DNA from: an uncultured Candidatus Saccharibacteria bacterium | GTDB taxonomy: Bacteria > Patescibacteriota > Minisyncoccia > Phycocordibacterales > UBA12088 | Assembly: GCA_964411375.1 (NCBI GenBank) | Contig: CAYPKR010000001.1 | Location: forward strand, 168,227-232,226 | DNA length: 64,000 nt | Direction: 5' to 3' | Shown: positions 60,255 to 64,000 of the stretch, piece by piece | How the letters are laid out: each line of letters begins with the position of its first letter | How positions within the stretch are numbered: the first letter of the stretch is position 1 | Program-made: the position numbers and the translations under genes | Notes under the pieces: generated by a model | The model's input: only the letters and a program-made list of their open reading frames with translations | What the model was told of the DNA's origin: nothing | The model's database searches: none

Positions 60255-60769
60255 TCTGGAAGAAAAAGACACGTACAAAAGGCTTCACCTTGATTGAAAT
60301 GATGGTGTCTGTGACGCTCTTTATATTCGTGATGCTTTCCGTTACGACACTCTTCCTGTCAGTTGTTACTGCGAACAAAAAAGCACAGACACAAAAATTT
60401 ATTTTTGATAACGTCTATTCATCGATGGAAATCTTTATACGCCATATTCGATCGGGAACGGCGTATGCTTGTATTCCAAGTGGCACATCGTGTACTACTT
60501 TTTCATTTACCGATGTGAGTGGGAATCAAGTAATTTATCGACTTAATGCAGGCGTTCTCCAGCGCTCTTTGGATAACGGGATTAGTTATGACCCTATGAC
60601 GGGGAGCAACGTAACGATTACCACGCTCCGGTTCTATCTGTTTGGAGACGGAATAACGACTCAACCGCGTGTCCTGGTGACCATTGCTGGAACCGCAGGG
60701 AAGGGTTCGACACTTTCTTCTTTTGCAATTCAATCAACCCTTTCTCAAGCGCTGAGTAGTGAAATCTAG
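60251..60769 (+). CDS. Minor pilin (PilW-like)
   Basis: GFTLIEMMV. Confidence 0.85.
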   Translation: MIWKKKTRTKGFTLIEMMVSVTLFIFVMLSVTTLFLSVVTANKKAQTQKFIFDNVYSSMEIFIRHIRSGTAYACIPSGTSCTTFSFTDVSGNQVIYRLNAGVLQRSLDNGISYDPMTGSNVTITTLRFYLFGDGITTQPRVLVTIAGTAGKGSTLSSFAIQSTLSQALSSEI

Positions 60770-60770
60770 T

Positions 60771-61343
60771 ATGAACGTCCCTGCTCGTACAAAAAAAGGA
60801 TTTACGATGATCGAAACACTGATCGCGATCGCCGTTCTCATGATTGGAGCGGTTGGTCCTCTCACCTTGGTGCAACGGGGTGTCAGTTCTGCTACGTATG
60901 CGAGAGAAAAAACAATCGCCCTCTTTCTTGCAGAAGACGCACTCGAATATCTGAAAAACGTACGTGACAGCGACATCGTGAGTACTCAAGGAGGAACCGT
61001 AGAAGGAACCAACTATTTCTTCGGATACGTCGCGGTTGTATGTCTTGAAACGAATTGTACGGTAGAGACGACGCTTAATAACTTACCGAATGATGTAAAT
61101 AATCCTTCAAACTCTACAGTCAAAGCATGCTCCGGCACCTGTAGTCCAATTAACTTCAGTCCATCGGTCAATGCCTACAGTCATCAAACTGGAAGTGATT
61201 GGGATGAATCAATCTATACTCGACAATTCACAGTTACCACCTTGATTGGTGGCGAAGTGCGAGCGCGTGTCGTGGTATCATGGAAGGGAAATACTGTGTA
61301 TCTGCAACGAAATTTCAATCCTCTCGCAGGAAATGAATTGTAG
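60771..61343 (+). CDS. Minor pilin (PilV-like)
   Basis: GFTMIETLIA, A.FLAE..LE, V.VSW. Confidence 0.85.
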   Translation: MNVPARTKKGFTMIETLIAIAVLMIGAVGPLTLVQRGVSSATYAREKTIALFLAEDALEYLKNVRDSDIVSTQGGTVEGTNYFFGYVAVVCLETNCTVETTLNNLPNDVNNPSNSTVKACSGTCSPINFSPSVNAYSHQTGSDWDESIYTRQFTVTTLIGGEVRARVVVSWKGNTVYLQRNFNPLAGNEL

Positions 61344-61362
61344 ATCATAAATTCATCGAATA

Positions 61363-64000
61363 ATGGAAACAGAACCTCGACGCTCCATATTCTCCTCTAT
61401 CCGTAAGCGGAAAGGATTTACGCTTCTTTACGCGATCATCATGACCGCGATCATTCTCTTTATCGCGTCATACAGTTTCACCTACCTGATTCGCCAAGTA
61501 CGCTATTCAACATTGGCAAATGATTCGGAAGACGCATACTACGCAGCGCAGTCAGCAGGGGAGTGTATCTTGCATTACGCGCAAGCAGGCATTTTTGATA
61601 AAGGAGTTGCTACCAATCTTTATTGTGACGGGAATGCGACTACGCCGCCAAGTTCAACTAATGCCGCAATACAAACATTCACCATTACAATCACTAATCC
61701 AGTGACCGGCAATGTTGCTGGGGCAACGGTTACCGTGGATACGACGACGCATACGATCGAAGTTCAAGGTTTCAACAGTCAGGACACCTCGCTCCCAAGT
61801 CGCGTTCAACGCGCGATTACATTCCGCTATAACGTCTACTGTCCAATCGGTGGAGATATCATGCTTGTCATCGACAATTCAGGAAGTATTGATGATAGTG
61901 AGATGGCGGTGTATAAGGCGTCTCTTAAATACATGATCGATCAGCTATATGCAAAAGATGTTGATCATAATACCCAGGTAGGATTGATCCGGTATGGAAC
62001 AAACGCGCGAGTATTTGAAGATCTTCAACTCCTGACCCCGGCATATCGTGATGAACTTAAAGGTCAGGTGGATGCGATGTCGAATATGGGATTGACTCAT
62101 ACAGCTACCGCACTTCGTAACGCATATCTCGAATTTAAGAATTTGAAGGACACTGTATTCAATTGGCCTCCTTCCGGGGTTTTGAATTCGGATGGAGTGC
62201 AGATCGCCGGCTCGTTTATCGGAGAGGCACTTGGAGACAATGAAATTACGACAATTACTCCTGCCGTTAATCGTGATGATAATCAGTACACCAATCACGT
62301 CATCCTCTTTACAGACGGAGGTCCGAATGACTGGATCGCAACATCAACTGTTGTGGTAAACGGAGTGACAAAACCAAAAGGATTTGCAATCACTTCACCG
62401 TGCTATTGGAATGCAAATGGTTCAATATATGCCGATAATGTTGCTGGGGTCGGGTGTGATAAACATCCTGGAGTATATAAAATCCCGACCATGTATAGTT
62501 TCTTGGTGGAAGCTGCAAGACTCAAGGCTATCGCAACGGTATACACTGTCGCGATCGGTCTTGCGGTGGATCCCGACGGGCAGGGTACTGCCCTCTGTCT
62601 TCCAGGCGTTACCTGTCTTGATATTTTGAAAGATGGCGCAACAGCTGACAGCTTGTCGTGGATAGCAAATACTTTTGACCAGGGACGAATCGATGATATT
62701 ACCGATGAAATTCTGTCATGTAGCATACAAGTGAATGGTCCAAATGATGCTCCTACGATCTCCCAAGGCTCCCCGAGCGGAACACTTCCCGCTGGCACCA
62801 CATCTACCGTCTTATCGGTAACAACTGATAAACCGGCGCTTTGCAAATGGAATAAAACGACTGATCCAGGGACATATAGCGCAATGTCTGGATCATTCGG
62901 TGACGTTAGTGCGCAAAAATCGCACTCGACGACTATAACCGGTCTTACAAACGGTAATTCCTATACCTACTATGCACGCTGTCAGGACTCAAATCAGGTT
63001 GAGAGTAACGCCTATCCAGTCACCTTCTCAATTGCTTCAACCGTCGATACTCAAGCACCATCGGTACCAACAAACGTAACTGTTGCTTCTATATCTACTT
63101 CGCAATTGAACGTTTCATGGTCGGCATCAACTGACAATGTTGGCGTTGCAAACTATCAAATCCAGCGATGTACTACGTCCGGTTGTACTTCAGCAACAAC
63201 AATCGGAAGTCCAGCATCAAACTCATTCAACGATACCGGACTATCCGCTGGCACCACATACTATTACCGAGTGAATGCAAAAGATGCGACTGGCAATACC
63301 TCAGCATATTCGACAGTTGTTTCAGGAACGACAAGCGCAGGTAGCGGCATTCCAACATCTGGACTCGTGGGATACTGGAAGTTCGATACCGCCGGCACTT
63401 CTCAAATCGACTCTTCGGGAAACGGTAACACAGGAACATTTGTTGGAAATGCCACAATCACTACTGCAGACAAGAAAGTGGGTACAGGCGCTGCAACCTT
63501 TGATGGAACAGGGGATTATATGACAGTCGCTGATTCCCCAGAACTTCGAGTAGGACCCGGCGATTGGGCAATCTCATTCTGGCAAAAAACATCAGGTACT
63601 GCAGACCAAGATATCCTTAATAAAGGAGCGGGAGGAAGCGTTCCACGCGAATATGAGATATCTGACTCCGTTACAAATCACCAGTTATATATAGAGTCTA
63701 AAACAGGAGGAGTGACTGAGACCGCTCTTTCCGCAGCAAATTCATATGTGAACGCGACATGGCATCACGTAGTGATAATGATGGATCAGAGCGCAAACAT
63801 GCAGCCATACTTTTATGTTGACGGTGTTCAAAAAACAGTCAGCTCGGATGGTATGACGACAACGCCAACCGCGACAACCGATACTCTCTTTATTGGCACC
63901 CGTTCGGCAAGCACGCGCTTCTTTAACGGTCTTATTGACGAGCTGCGCATATATAATCGTCTCCTTACTCCAAGTGAAATTTCGGCTCTGTTTGCTGAAG
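61363..64000 (+). CDS. PilX-like pilin fused to vWA, Ig/Fn3 and LamG domains (3' end outside the window)
   Basis: Absent from the ORF track because there is no stop in the window. METEPRR..KGFTLLYA (no Glu5), AYYAAQS; DIMLVIDNSGS, VILFTDG; DTQAPSVP..SW..STDNVGV..Y; GLVGYWKFD...FNGLIDELRIYNR. Confidence 0.88.
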   Translation, partial: METEPRRSIFSSIRKRKGFTLLYAIIMTAIILFIASYSFTYLIRQVRYSTLANDSEDAYYAAQSAGECILHYAQAGIFDKGVATNLYCDGNATTPPSSTNAAIQTFTITITNPVTGNVAGATVTVDTTTHTIEVQGFNSQDTSLPSRVQRAITFRYNVYCPIGGDIMLVIDNSGSIDDSEMAVYKASLKYMIDQLYAKDVDHNTQVGLIRYGTNARVFEDLQLLTPAYRDELKGQVDAMSNMGLTHTATALRNAYLEFKNLKDTVFNWPPSGVLNSDGVQIAGSFIGEALGDNEITTITPAVNRDDNQYTNHVILFTDGGPNDWIATSTVVVNGVTKPKGFAITSPCYWNANGSIYADNVAGVGCDKHPGVYKIPTMYSFLVEAARLKAIATVYTVAIGLAVDPDGQGTALCLPGVTCLDILKDGATADSLSWIANTFDQGRIDDITDEILSCSIQVNGPNDAPTISQGSPSGTLPAGTTSTVLSVTTDKPALCKWNKTTDPGTYSAMSGSFGDVSAQKSHSTTITGLTNGNSYTYYARCQDSNQVESNAYPVTFSIASTVDTQAPSVPTNVTVASISTSQLNVSWSASTDNVGVANYQIQRCTTSGCTSATTIGSPASNSFNDTGLSAGTTYYYRVNAKDATGNTSAYSTVVSGTTSAGSGIPTSGLVGYWKFDTAGTSQIDSSGNGNTGTFVGNATITTADKKVGTGAATFDGTGDYMTVADSPELRVGPGDWAISFWQKTSGTADQDILNKGAGGSVPREYEISDSVTNHQLYIESKTGGVTETALSAANSYVNATWHHVVIMMDQSANMQPYFYVDGVQKTVSSDGMTTTPTATTDTLFIGTRSASTRFFNGLIDELRIYNRLLTPSEISALFAE

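Overview
Chromosomal segment of a Candidate Phyla Radiation (Patescibacteria, most likely Parcubacteria) bacterium using genetic code 11. Support for this is the lack of rpmD/uL30 between rpsE and rplO, a tRNA-Ile(UAU), CPR-style secreted repeat proteins and a large type IV pilus/competence locus. The window holds pgk (partial), recJ, rnhA, a split comEC, sod, the str/S10/spc ribosomal clusters, secY, cmk, adk, map, ndk, a divergent pyrD (frameshifted) and pyrC, infC-rpmI-rplT, ftsH, recG, two tRNAs and a comF/pilMNO-pilB-pilT-pilC-pilin cluster ending in a PilX-vWA-Fn3-LamG protein that runs off the window. Features not explained by routine annotation: (i) the ribosomal superoperon is broken at five places by accessory genes, including a Shedu (DUF4263) nuclease and a stand-alone DnaA domain IV protein; (ii) a ~180-nt structured RNA candidate directly after Shedu; (iii) a 6S-like RNA; (iv) two copies of a covarying ~120-bp palindromic element sitting on TAG stop codons; (v) housekeeping genes appear leaderless or SD-less while orphan and micro ORFs carry strong Shine-Dalgarno sites; (vi) DnaA-box-like sites upstream of the pilin, tuf and surface-protein promoters. 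All calls come from reading the sequence and recalled family motifs; no database search was run.
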